A stretch of DNA of 63,140 nt, filler included, from Chiloscyllium plagiosum (Eukaryota): the NCBI RefSeq assembly GCF_004010195.1. It is 5 parts of one record of this genome, joined end to end, with 100 filler letters (N's around TTAATTAATTAA, not from the genome) between each part and the next. Parts side by side here need not be neighbours in the genome. Positions count along the whole stretch, not along the records: positions 43,903 to 51,054 come from NC_057710.1; positions 51,155 to 63,140 come from NC_057710.1; 3 more parts are not named here. One strand, given 5' to 3'. Both the position numbers and the translations under genes were made by a program. Below, piece after piece: positions 49,492 through 60,294 of the stretch; the first letter of the stretch is position 1, and every line of letters starts with the position of its first letter. The notes beneath the pieces were generated by a model. The model had not been told where the DNA came from. It saw only the letters and a program-made list of their open reading frames with translations, and did no database searches.

Positions 49492-50332
49492 AGTCCAAGA
49501 ACTCCCCACCTACGTTCGGGACACCACCCACGCCCTCCACCTCCTCCATGATTTTCGCTTCCCCGGCCCCCATTGCCTTATCTTCACCATGGACATCCAG
49601 TCCCTGTACACCTCCATCCCCCATCACGAAAGGCTTCTTCCTTTCCCGCTGACCCAACCAGTACCCTTCCACTGACACCCTCCTTCGACTGACTGAACTG
49701 GTCCTCACTCTGAACAACTTCTCTTTCCAATCCTCCCACTTCCTTCAAACCAAAGGAGTAGCCATGGGCACCCGCATGGGCCCCAGCTATGCCTGCCTCT
49801 TCATCGGATATGTGGAACAGTCCATCTTCTGCAGCTACACTGGCACCACCTCCCACCTTTTTCTCTGCTACATCGATGACTGTATCGGCGCTACCTCGTG
49901 CTCCCACGAGGAGGTTGAACAGTTCATCCACTTTACTAACCATTCCACCCCAACTCCTCCCTCCCCTTCCTAGACCTCTCCATTTCTATCTGGGGCGACC
50001 GACACAACACGGACATTTACTATAAACCGACTGACTCCCACAGCTATCTAGACTATACCTCCTCCCACCCTGCCCCTGTAAAAATGCCATCCCATATTCC
50101 CAATTCCTTCGCCTCTGCTGCATCTGCTCCCAAGAGGATCAATTCCAATACCAAACAACCCAGATGGCCTCCTTCTTCAAAGACCGCAATTTCCCCTCAG
50201 ACGTGGTTGACGATGCTCTCCACCGCATCTCCTCCACTTCCTGCTCCTCCGCCCTTGAACCCCGCCCCTCCAATCACCACCAGAACAGAACCCCACTGGT
50301 CCTCACCTACCACCCCACCAACCTCCAGATAC
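49492..50332 (+). pseudogene. Penelope-like reverse transcriptase fragment (frameshifted)
   Basis: TYVRDT, FTMDIQSLYTSIPH, GVAMGTRMGPSYA, YIDD, FLDL, YYKPTDSHSYL, PLVLTYHP. Confidence 0.92.
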
Positions 50333-51054
50333 GAGCAGCAGCTAAGGTAAGACAGTTTGTTTTAAAATTACTTACCGGTAGCGGGCAGCGGTGTTTTTTT
50401 TTCTCTTCACAGAAAGAGCGGGAGCAGCAGGGGGAAGTGACGAAGACCAGAGGGGCAGCCGGGTAGGTTTTTTTTCCCTTTAAAAGCGCGCAGGAGAAGA
50501 ACCCGAGGCACTACAGAGGTAGTGTCTCCCACCCGCCCTCCTCCTCTAACATAAATAATAAGACCCATTGTGGTAAGTAGGTAAGTGCTGCATTTTGTGG
50601 TAAGTAGGTAAGTGCTGCATTTTGCTTTCTTTAGACCCAGTTTTTTTTTAAAAAAGGTTACTTTCAGAGGGATGGCAGTGAAGGCAGTGCAATGTTCCTC
50701 TTGCAACATGTTTGAGGTGAGGGATGCCATTGACGTCCCTGCTGATAACACTTGCAGGAAGTGCACCCATCTCCAGCTCCTCCAAGACAGTGTTAGGGAA
50801 CTGGAGCTGGAGTTGGATGAACTTAGGATCATTCGGGAGGCAGAGGGGGTCATAGATCGGAGCTTTAGGGAAGTAGTAACTCCAAAGATGGCAGATAGAT
50901 GGGTGACAGTGAGGGGGACTGGGAGGAAGCAACCAGTGCAGGGACCCCCTGCAGCCGTTCCCCTCAAGAACAAGTATACCGTTTCGGATACTTGTGGGGG
51001 GGGACGACTTACCAGGGGCAAGTAACGGGGCACAGGCCTCTGGCACGGAGCCTG
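50333..51054 (+). mobile_element. CR1 LINE 5' UTR and ORF1 (ATG at 50672; zinc finger and leucine zipper)
   Basis: MAVKAVQCSSC..TCRKC..LQLLQDSVRELELELDEL..VPLKNKY; frameshift in the G-run near 51000; runs into a gap. Confidence 0.9.
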
Positions 51055-51154
51055 NNNNNNNNNNNNNNNNNNNNNNNNNNNNNNNNNNNNNNNNNNNNTT
51101 AATTAATTAANNNNNNNNNNNNNNNNNNNNNNNNNNNNNNNNNNNNNNNNNNNN

Positions 51155-51478
51155 TCTTTGTTCAGCAACACTCCCTAGGACCTTACCATTAAGTGTATAA
51201 GTCCTGCTAAGATTTGCTTTCCCAAAATGCAGCACCTCACATTTATCTGAATTAAACTCCATCTACCACTTCTCAGCCCATTGGCCTATCTGGTCAAGAT
51301 CCTGTTGTAATCTGAGGTAACCCTCTTCGCTGTCCACTACACCTTCAATTTTGGTGTCATCTGCAAACTTACCAACTGTACCTCTTATGCTCGCATCCAA
51401 ATCATTTATGTAAATGACAAAAGGTAGAGGACCCAGTACTGATCCTTGTGGCAGTCCACTGGTCACAGGACTCCAATC
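51155..51478 (-). mobile_element. CR1 RT fragment
   Basis: VTSGLPQGSVLGP...KFADDTK...LQQDLD. Confidence 0.92.
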
Positions 51479-52185
51479 TGACCTTATGATGGAAAAAAGG
51501 TCATTGGTGAAGCAATTGAAAATGGTTGGTCTGTGGGCACAATCCTGAGGAACTATCACACTGAAGTCCTGGGACCGAGGTGTTTAATATCTAACAAGCA
51601 CAACCATCTTCCTCTGTGCTAAGTGTGGCTCCAAGTCAATGGAACTTCCACCTGAATCCGACTAATTCTAGTTTTGCTTGTGATCCTTGGTGCCACATTT
51701 GGTGATTTGTTGCCTTGAAATCAAGAGCAGTTGCTTCTACCTCACCTCTGAAGTTCACCTCTATTGTCCATATCTGGACCAAGGCAGTAATAAGATTAGT
51801 GATGAGTGGCCCTGGTGGAATACAAATACAATCAGTGAACAGGTTATTGCTGATCAGTGAACAGGTTACTGCTGAGCAAGTGCCGCTTGACAACACTGTC
51901 AATGAAACCTTCTATCACTTTGCCGGTGCTTGAGATTAGATTGATGGGCAATCATTGAATAGGTTGGATTTATCATGCTTTTTATGAACAGGAATGTGTC
52001 TGGGCAATTTTCCACACTGTTGGATAGATACCAAACTTGTAGCTGCACTGGAACAGCTTTGCTGTGGATGCAGATATTTCTAGGGTACAGTTATTCAGTA
52101 TTATTGCCAGAATGTCATCAGACCTATTGTCTTTCAGTATGAAGTGCCTTCAGCCATGTCTCCATACCATGAGGAGTGAATTGAA
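51479..52185 (-). mobile_element. LINE family 2 RT relic
   Basis: LITALVQIWT..GEVEATALDFKA..WHQG. Confidence 0.8.
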
Positions 52186-52843
52186 TTCATAAAATCACAG
52201 AACCCCTACATTGTGGAAGAAGGTCATTCGGCCCATTGAGTCCACACCGATCCTCCGATGAGCATCCCACCTAGAACCACTGACCCCTATCCCTGTAACC
52301 CTGCATTTCCCATGGGCGGCACTGTGGCACAGTGGTTAGCACTGCTGCCTCACAGCGCCAGAGACCGAGGTTCAATTCCCGCCTCAGGCGACTGACTGTG
52401 TGGAGTTAATACGTTCTCCCCGTGTCTGCGTGGGTTTCCTCCGGGTGCTCCGGTTTCCTCCCACAGTCCAAAGATGTGCAGGTCAGGTGAATTGGCTATG
52501 CTAAATTGTCCGTAGTGTAAGGTAAGGGGTAAATGTAGGGGTATGGGTGGGTTGCGCTTCGGCGGGTCAGTGTGGACGAAGGGCCTGTTTCCACACTGTA
52601 ATGTAATCTAATCTAATCTAATCAAATCCACCTAACCTCCACATCCCTGGACACTACAGGGCAATTTAGCACAGCCAATCCACCTAACCTGCACATTTTT
52701 GGACTGTGGGAGGAAATCAGAGAACTCAAAGGAAACCCATGCAGACACAGGAAGAATGTGCTAACTCCACATTAACAGTCACCTGAGGGTGGAATCAAAT
52801 TAGGGTCCCTGGCACTGTGAACAGCAATGCTAACCACTGAGCC
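52186..52843 (-). mobile_element. HE1-type SINE split by a younger HE1 copy
   Basis: Tail at 52186-52313; V-domain and head at 52624-52843. Confidence 0.88.
52314..52623 (+). mobile_element. Full-length HE1 SINE (nested)
   Basis: GGGCGGCACTGTGGCACAGTGGTTAGCACTG head through to the (TAATC)n tail. Confidence 0.95.
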
Positions 52844-52989
52844 TGATTAGGTTGAAGACTGGGGACCTCATGTGGAAGTCTATCTTCACTTAAGTAATGT
52901 TTGGTTTTTCTATGGACACCTTCATATTTTCTCACTTTATAAATTCTGCAAAATTATGCTCACTCACAGATATACCTCTACTATGTATA

Positions 52990-53535
52990 ACCACTGATTA
53001 GACCTCAGCTGAAGTACTGTGCATTGTTCAGAACACCACATTTAGGAAGTATCTGAATACATTGGATGGAATGCAGAAAAGGTTTACAAGAATGGTTCCC
53101 AGAGATGAAAAACTTCAGTTATGAGAATAGATTGAGGAGATTGGGACTGTTTTTCAGGGAGAGGAGAGGGCTGCAAGGAGATTTGATTGAAGTTTTCAAA
53201 GTTATTCGGTGCATAGGGAGAAACTGTTCTCGCTCATAAAAGAACTGAGAATCAGTTTTAAAATGTTTTGTAAAAGAAGATGAATATGAGGTGAGAAAAA
53301 TGCTTTCACAAACTGTAATCTGACTTTGGAATGCACTGCCTGGATGTGTAGTGAATGCAGGTTTGTTTGAGACATTTAGAAGGCCATTTAATGATGGTTT
53401 CATTAGAAACAAAGTGCAGGGTTATGGGGAAAAGGTAGGAGTCTGACACTAAGTTGAAATATTCAGAGAACTGGTACAGACACAATTGGCTGAATTAGGC
53501 TCCTTTTGCCCATTACAATTCTGTGATTCTGCGAT
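52990..53535 (+). mobile_element. CR1 3' fragment
   Basis: LIRPQLKYC..QKRFTRMVP..RLQGDLIEVFK..WNALP. Confidence 0.82.
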
Positions 53536-53751
53536 ATCCCTTTGCAGTCTCTTGTGACATCCTCACAATTTGCTTTCCCACCCAGCGTTGTGATCAGAGT
53601 ACCCTGGTCACTCTCTACCTCACAGATGGTGCTTCCTGGTCCTTCATTAATGATATTATGTTCATGACTAACTTCTGATCTTTTACCTGAGCTGCCACTG
53701 ATGATCTTTTTGAGACCAGTGGCTAACTATATACCTATATAATAAATATAT

Positions 53752-54220
53752 AGGACTGTAACAAACACTACATTGGACAAACAGGCAAAACACTAGCCAC
53801 CAGGATACATGAACACCAACTCGCCACAAAAAGACATGACCCTCTCTCACTAGTATCCACATACGAATGAGGAAGGACACCACTTCGACTGGGACAATAC
53901 ATCCATCCTAGACAAGCCAAACAAAGACATGTACGAGAATTCCTAGAAGCATGGCATTCCAACCGGAACTCTATCAATAAACACATCGAGTTAGACCCCA
54001 TTTACCATCCCCTGAAAAAAGGAACCGGAAGTGACTTCACTGCTAGAAATAACATCACCAAAGGAAATGACATCACCAACCCAAAGAAACCCAAACATAT
54101 AAATAGAAAGCAGGAAGTTTGAGCATTGCTTTGCATAAAGTCCACTGAAGATGCTACCTAGTAAGGTAATGAAACATCTGGAAATGAACCTTTCAGCTCA
54201 GTGAGCAAACCTACATCCAA
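53752..54220 (+). mobile_element. Penelope-like GIY-YIG endonuclease relic and 3' UTR with hammerhead (54141-54183)
   Basis: CNKHYIGQTGKTLATRIHEH...HHFDWDN...REFLEAWHS...INKH; TCCA-CTGAAGA-T-GCTACC/GGTAAT-GAAAC-ATC-TGGA. Confidence 0.9.
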
Positions 54221-55777
54221 ATACCTGATATGAATGGATGATGTCAGATACCAATTTAAGTACTTTTTTAAGGAGCCCCTGCCAAAAACAGCAGGTGAAT
54301 CATGTATCCATTTAAAAACCATCTATAAATTGCATCAACTGGGCTTCCAGCATCAATAGCCTGACCAGGAGAACCACATTGTTTACATTCTTCAGTTCAA
54401 AAAGTATACATTGATCACAACTCCCATTTTTGTTTTTAGCTTATAATTAACTTCCAATTCAGGCAGCACTTTTTTTTAACAATCTCCTTCCTTTGAGGTC
54501 TTGTCAGCACAATCTACATCCTCTCTTGAACAATATATCCATTAATCTTTAAAAATTGAATAATTCAATCATATTTCAATTAAAGTATATGCATATTCAG
54601 ATATTGGCACACAATATTCCTATTTCTTGATCAACAGGAAACCAGGGAAGCTACTCCTTCACCTCTTCCAATAAAGCTATTGATCCAGCGACCAACAGGT
54701 GCACAAATGGAGCCCTGGATAACATGGGTTTTATTTGATCTCATTCGCTGCAGGGATACAGGTTTGATGACATGAACCAATATGAGAACATTGTTTGAGG
54801 AATCTGCATCCTGCTATTCTGTGATATTGAGCCTGAGTTTTGGCTAATTTGTTCAGCATTAGTACAGTGCATTCTCTGCTTATTTTACTTTGAATAAAGC
54901 ATTCTTAAAATTAGTTCAGCAATTAATAGTTTTTTTTTATCATCACGTGTCACACACGTCTGATGGCCTTTCAGGGAAGCCTTCCATCCCCTCTGTTTTG
55001 TTCAAATTTACTGATTGTACTTATATCAGTCATGACAGCAATGTTGTGTAAAAGCTGCTCCAGTCAAATGATTATGGAAACATTTGCGCCTCCATGTATG
55101 ATTAAGTAATAGATGCAAGAGTGAACCTCCTACATCTGTCACTTTGGCATAAATTGCGTGTAAATAGGATCAGGGTACTGGTGGGAAGTTTTTCAGTTCT
55201 TTCAATTTACTCAAACAAAAAATAATTTTGCAACATGCAATTAAATAACGTTACCATCCAACAGCTTACACGTGTGCAGTGCCTTTAATGCAGCTGGAGG
55301 AACTGAGTGAGCATTAGACAAATGTGTAAAAAACTTAGAAAACCAGAGTTGAACAGATAGATTAAAAGTAAAATACAGTAGATGCTGGAAATCTGAAATA
55401 AAACACAATGTGCTGCAGAAAACAAGCAGGTCTGGCAGCACCTGTGGAACTAAACAAGAGTCAGACTGGATTCTAACCTTCACTCTGTTTCACCCTTGAC
55501 AAATGCTGACAGATCTGCTGAGATTCTCCAGCACTTTCTGTTCCTATTTTGAACAGGTAGGTTTTCAGAATTGTTTTGAGGGCGTAATTGGATTTAGAAA
55601 TAAGGAAAGGTTCAGAGGAAACTTTGTGAGTGCAAGTCCATGATAACTGAAAATTCAACCACCAGTTGAATGGAAGGAGGAGTGATGCAGAAAGGCAGAA
55701 TGTGTGAATTTGAATTTTGGTTAGGTGTAGGAGTTGAGAAGTCTTGTTGGGGCTGTACAGATGAGGCCTCTTCTGGA

Positions 55778-56285
55778 GGGCTGTGTCCAGTTCGGGTCAC
55801 CCTGTTATAGGAAGGATATTATTAAGCTGGAGAGGGTTCAGTAGAGATTTACTACGATGGTGCTGGGTATGCATGGTTTGAGTTATAAAGAAAGGCTGGA
55901 TAGGCTCAGACTTTTTTCACTGGGGCATAGGAGGTTGAGAGGTGACCTCACAGAGGTCTATACGATCATGGATATAGATAGGGTAATGGTGGGTGTCCTT
56001 TCCCTGGGGGATTTCAAGACTAGATGGCATGTTTTTAAGGTGAGAGGAGAGAGATTTACAAACGATATGAAGGGCAGATTTTTTCACAGAGGGTGGTTCG
56101 CCTATGGAATAAACTTCCTGAGGAAATGGTGGATGCAGGTACAATTACAATGTTTAAAAGACACTTCAATAAGTACATGAATAGGAAAGGTTTAGAGGGA
56201 TATAGGCCAAGAGCAGGAAGGTAGGACTAGTTTAGTTTGGGATTATGTTCGGCATGGACTGGCTGTATGACTCTCTGACTCTATG
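55778..56285 (+). mobile_element. HER1/CR1 3' end
   Basis: LSYKERLDRLRLFSL..RLRGDL in ORF 55857..56180, plus tail. Confidence 0.9.
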
Positions 56286-56549
56286 TTAGGTGCAGCAAGG
56301 ATATTGAGGGATCTATAAGTGCGAACAAGGATTTTGAAATCAGTGCACCACAGGAACAGGAAGGTGATGAAGTGTTCCAAAATTTGAAGGGAGGAATTTT
56401 CCTTTTTATGGATTGAATGTAGAGTTTTTGATGAGTTAGAATGTATTTAGGGGAAACTTGAGATAACAACCCTTTAAAATATCTGTTCTGCTATATTGTT
56501 ACATAATCATTCCATTGTGACAGTTAAAAGGTACAAAATCTTCTGTTTT

Positions 56550-56990
56550 ATTTGTTCACAGAGTGTAGCCAGCATTTGTTCCCCAATCCTAAATGCACTG
56601 AGCTACCTTCTTGAACCAGTACAGTCCATGTTGTGTAGGTATGCCCACAGTGCTGGTAATAATAGAGTTCCAGAAATGTGACCCAGCAATAACGGAGGCA
56701 TGGCAATATAGTCCCAAGTCAGGAGGTTTGTGGGTTGGACAGGAACTTTCCCAAACACCTGTTGACCTTGTCTTTCTCAATGGTCAAAGTTGCAGTTTTG
56801 AAAAAGTTGTCAACGGAGCCTTGCTGGTGAGTTGTCGTAGTTCATCTTCGAGAAGCATGCATTGCTGTCGTTGTGTATTGGTGGTGAAGGAAACAAATGT
56901 TTAAGTTGGTTTGTCAATCAGGCAGTTGTTTTTCCTGAATTTGTCGAACACCTTGACTGTTATTGGAACAGCACTCATCCCAGCAATTGG
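56550..56990 (-). mobile_element. LINE family 2 3' end, old
   Basis: CCAGCATTTGTT..CCTTCTTGAACC, the reverse of the family tail. Confidence 0.7.
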
Positions 56991-57989
56991 ACAAAAATGT
57001 TAGTAGAATTCTGGAAATTCGCTATCGATATTCTATATTTCATTAAAATAAATTTATCTTCCTCTGGCACTTTGCAAACAAACATTAAAAATCAGTAAAT
57101 TGATTTGCATCATGAGTAGTATATAATCATTGCAGTTATCTTCAAGAAATATTTTAAAACAATTCAGATAATCTTTGAGAGCATTACAAATTTATTTCCC
57201 CATAATTTGCTCTTGTATGGTGTATTCAATACCAGTACATTGGTTTAAAAATGACAATCTTAAACCTATATTTTAAAAGAAAGAGGCACATGGTTTTGTT
57301 TTTACATTGTTTGGTTTTTTAAGGAAAATTAGGGTTGCCATTTACAGTCAGTACAATATTATCTAAACCAAAAATTTAATTCAAAAAGATAACAGCTTAT
57401 TAGTGGTATAATTGCTGATTCTGAAATGTTACAAGCACGAACCTAATGAAGTTATATAATTTTATTATGAATCACAAATTAAGCAGTGTTCCTCTGCCTA
57501 CAGTTTGTACTGTATCTCTGCAGAACAGATTGTAACTTCACATTCCTGTGCACCTGTAGTCCGACTCCATTTCCAAACAGCATGTGATCTTATGGCAAAT
57601 GCAGTATGATTACTATCATATCTGTTAATTTACTTAATCGAGAGACAACTGGAGAGTCCAGAGGCTGACAATGTCATAAAATAAACTAGTCCTTTTATAT
57701 CTTTTTTTTTGTTAAAACACCATCCAAAAGTTTCAGATATTTTCTGTCAATCTAACTATCCTAATAACAAGTATAATAATTAATGATTATGCTGCAGGTA
57801 TAATGAAACAGAAATCATGCAGACAGATTCTTCAAAAATTGTTTTTTAGACAAATATGGGAGATATGCAATTTTATTCTATTCATTCTGCATTTGGAAAA
57901 AAATATCAAACAGGAGCATAAAGTAAAATATTAACCTCAGATGCTCAACTATTGACTGAAGGTTAAAATAATGCTGAAACATTTAAGTA

Positions 57990-58197
57990 CAGATAGTTCT
58001 TGTTTCACACAATGGTTGCATTCTTGTGCAACCCTGCATTGTAGAAAAATCACTTTATAAACAGTGCTTAAAGTATTGGCAATGTAATTGCATTGCAGCC
58101 AACACCTGTTTTAAAAGTTCACGCTTTAGAAACAACTCGCCAAACTCAATACAGCAAATTCACATAAACGAAACGGGCATTACAGCAGAAGGACCTG
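57990..58197. mobile_element. Probable Tigger-type MITE
   Basis: TA-CAGATAGTTCT ... GCAGAAGGACCTG-TG imperfect TIRs. Confidence 0.55.
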
Positions 58198-58254
58198 TGA
58201 AGCAACAGAAATATCAAAAAAGGGGTGGTGTTACTGCACGAATAATTTGGACTG

Positions 58255-59285
58255 AAACAGTCCATGTTCAAATGCAGCAAGATCTAGACAATATCCAGCC
58301 TTGACTGACAAGTGGAAGTAATATTTGCATCACACAAATGCCAAGTTATGACCATCTCCAATATGAGACAACCTCATCACCACCCCTTGACATTTCATGA
58401 CATTACCATCACTGGATCCCTCACAATCAACATCCTGGGGTTACCAACGGCCATAAAATCAACTGGATTCACCACAGAGACATGGTGGCGATGAGAGCAG
58501 ATCAGAGTCTAGGAATACTGCAACAAGTAACTCACTTCTTGACTCCCCAGAGTCTGTGTATCGTCTACAAGGCACAAGTCAAGACTATAATGGAATACTC
58601 CCCACTTGCCTGGATGGGTACAGCTTGACACCAATTAGGACAAAGCAGCCCTCTTGATTGGTACTGCATCCTCAAGCATGCATGCTCTCCACCACTGACA
58701 CTCAGTAGCAGCAGTGTGTACTTTCTGCAACGTGCACAGCAAAAATTCACCAAAGATCCTGAGACAGTACCTTCCAAACACATGACCACTTCTATCTCAA
58801 AGGACAAGGGCAGCAGATACATGGGAGCACCACCACCTGCAAGCTCCCCTCCAAGCCACATACCATCCAAGGAAACATATCACCTTCCTTCGCTGTTGTT
58901 CTGGAATCCTGGAATTCCCTCATTAATGGTAATGTGGGTTGACCTACAGCATATAGACTGCACGGTTCAAAAAGACAGCTCATTAATTCCTTCTCAAGTG
59001 TCAAAAAGTGGGGTTCTGGAAAAGCACAGTAGGTCTGGCAGCATCCGAGGAGCAGGAGAGTCAACGTTTCGGACATTAGCTCTTCATCAGTCCTTCATGC
59101 CTGAAATGTCGACTCTCCTGCTCCTCAGATGCTGCCTGATCTGCTGTGTTTTTCCAGCTCCACGCTTTTCAACTCTGACTGTCCAGCATCTACAGTCTTC
59201 ACCTTCTCCTAAGACTTTCTCAAGGTCAACGAGGGACATGCAATAAATGCTGGCCAGCCAGTGATGTCTACCTCCCACATATCAA
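58255..59285 (+). mobile_element. LINE family 2 3' part
   Basis: MQQDLDNIQ..YKAQV..MEYSP..tail CAATAAATGCTGGCCAGCCAGTGATG. Confidence 0.85.
58999..59216. mobile_element. Older hairpin Penelope-like insertion, 8-bp TSD
   Basis: Inverted arms meeting at hammerhead relics (~59062-59110); TTCTCAAG at 58991-58998 and 59217-59224. Confidence 0.8.
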
Positions 59286-59329
59286 CAGAAAAAAACACAA
59301 ATCCCTCCATTGCATATTTTAAAATTCAG

Positions 59330-59790
59330 TAAATTTTAAATAAAAAGTTAATATAAGTTATGGTGACTGTAAAACTGCCAAACAATATCAAAAATCTATC
59401 AGATTCTCTAGTGTCATTTAGAGAATGAAATTTGCCAGCACCTAATATCCAGTCTGGCCAACATGTCATTCATGACTCAAATATGCCCTCCGAAATGTCT
59501 GAACAAGCCACAAAAGTAGATCAAGCCATCACAGAAATATGAAATCTTTTAAAATAAAACAAATGGACCACTTATCTTTAACTAAGGCATGAGAAACAAC
59601 ATAGGTAAGTGTAAGTCAACACTACAAAGTCCTTTGCTCTATTGTCCAGGAACTTATGCTAAAATTAGGGGAACTATCCTATAAACTATCCAAGGAACAG
59701 GCATATTCACTAAATCATACCTTACATTGTCCCAAACTTCTCTATCACCTCCCCCAGGTAAGTCCTGTCCCATCAACACAGCAAACACAC
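59330..59790 (+). mobile_element. LINE family 2 5' region: SINE-B-like body followed by endonuclease N-terminus
   Basis: 59390-59510 aligns to the SINE B body; LKLGELSYKLSKEQ..IFTKSYLT..VLSH relic at ~59650-59780. Confidence 0.6.
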
Positions 59791-59837
59791 TAAAAATGCA
59801 TCAGTACAGTAAACACACTAAAAATGTTTCCAAGAAT

Positions 59838-60049
59838 GGATCATTGGTGAATTTCCACAGTGTATCTTGTTGATCGTGTACACTGCTCCTACTGAGCAGT
59901 GGTGGAGGGAACAGATATTTGTTGATGTGGTGCCACTCAAGCAGATTGCATTGCCCTGGATGGTGTCAAGCCTCTTGAGTATTAATGAAGCTGCATTCAT
60001 CCAGGCAAATCGGGATTGTTTCATCACACTCTCAACTTTTACCTTGAAG
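59838..60049. repeat. 212-bp direct copy of 60776-60987
   Basis: One mismatch seen; duplicated peptide in ORFs 59867.. and 60805.. Confidence 0.95.
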
Positions 60050-60294
60050 CTCCAAGAATGCTCAAGAAACACAAAAAGTATCCAGAACAAAGTAGTCTGG
60101 TTTATTGGAACTCCATCCACCACCGTCAACATTCACTCCCTTTATGATCTATGCACTGCATCAGCAGCGAGTACCATCTATGAGATGCACTGCATTAACT
60201 TATCTCACCTCCTCCTAATTTCAAAAACTCTATAATCTGGGAATTCTTATGACAGAAGTAACATGTAACAAAATTATACCAATCTTGGGAATTT

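Noticed and set aside
50407..51046. 208-aa and 132-aa minus-strand ORFs
   Set aside because: Antisense shadows of CR1 ORF1
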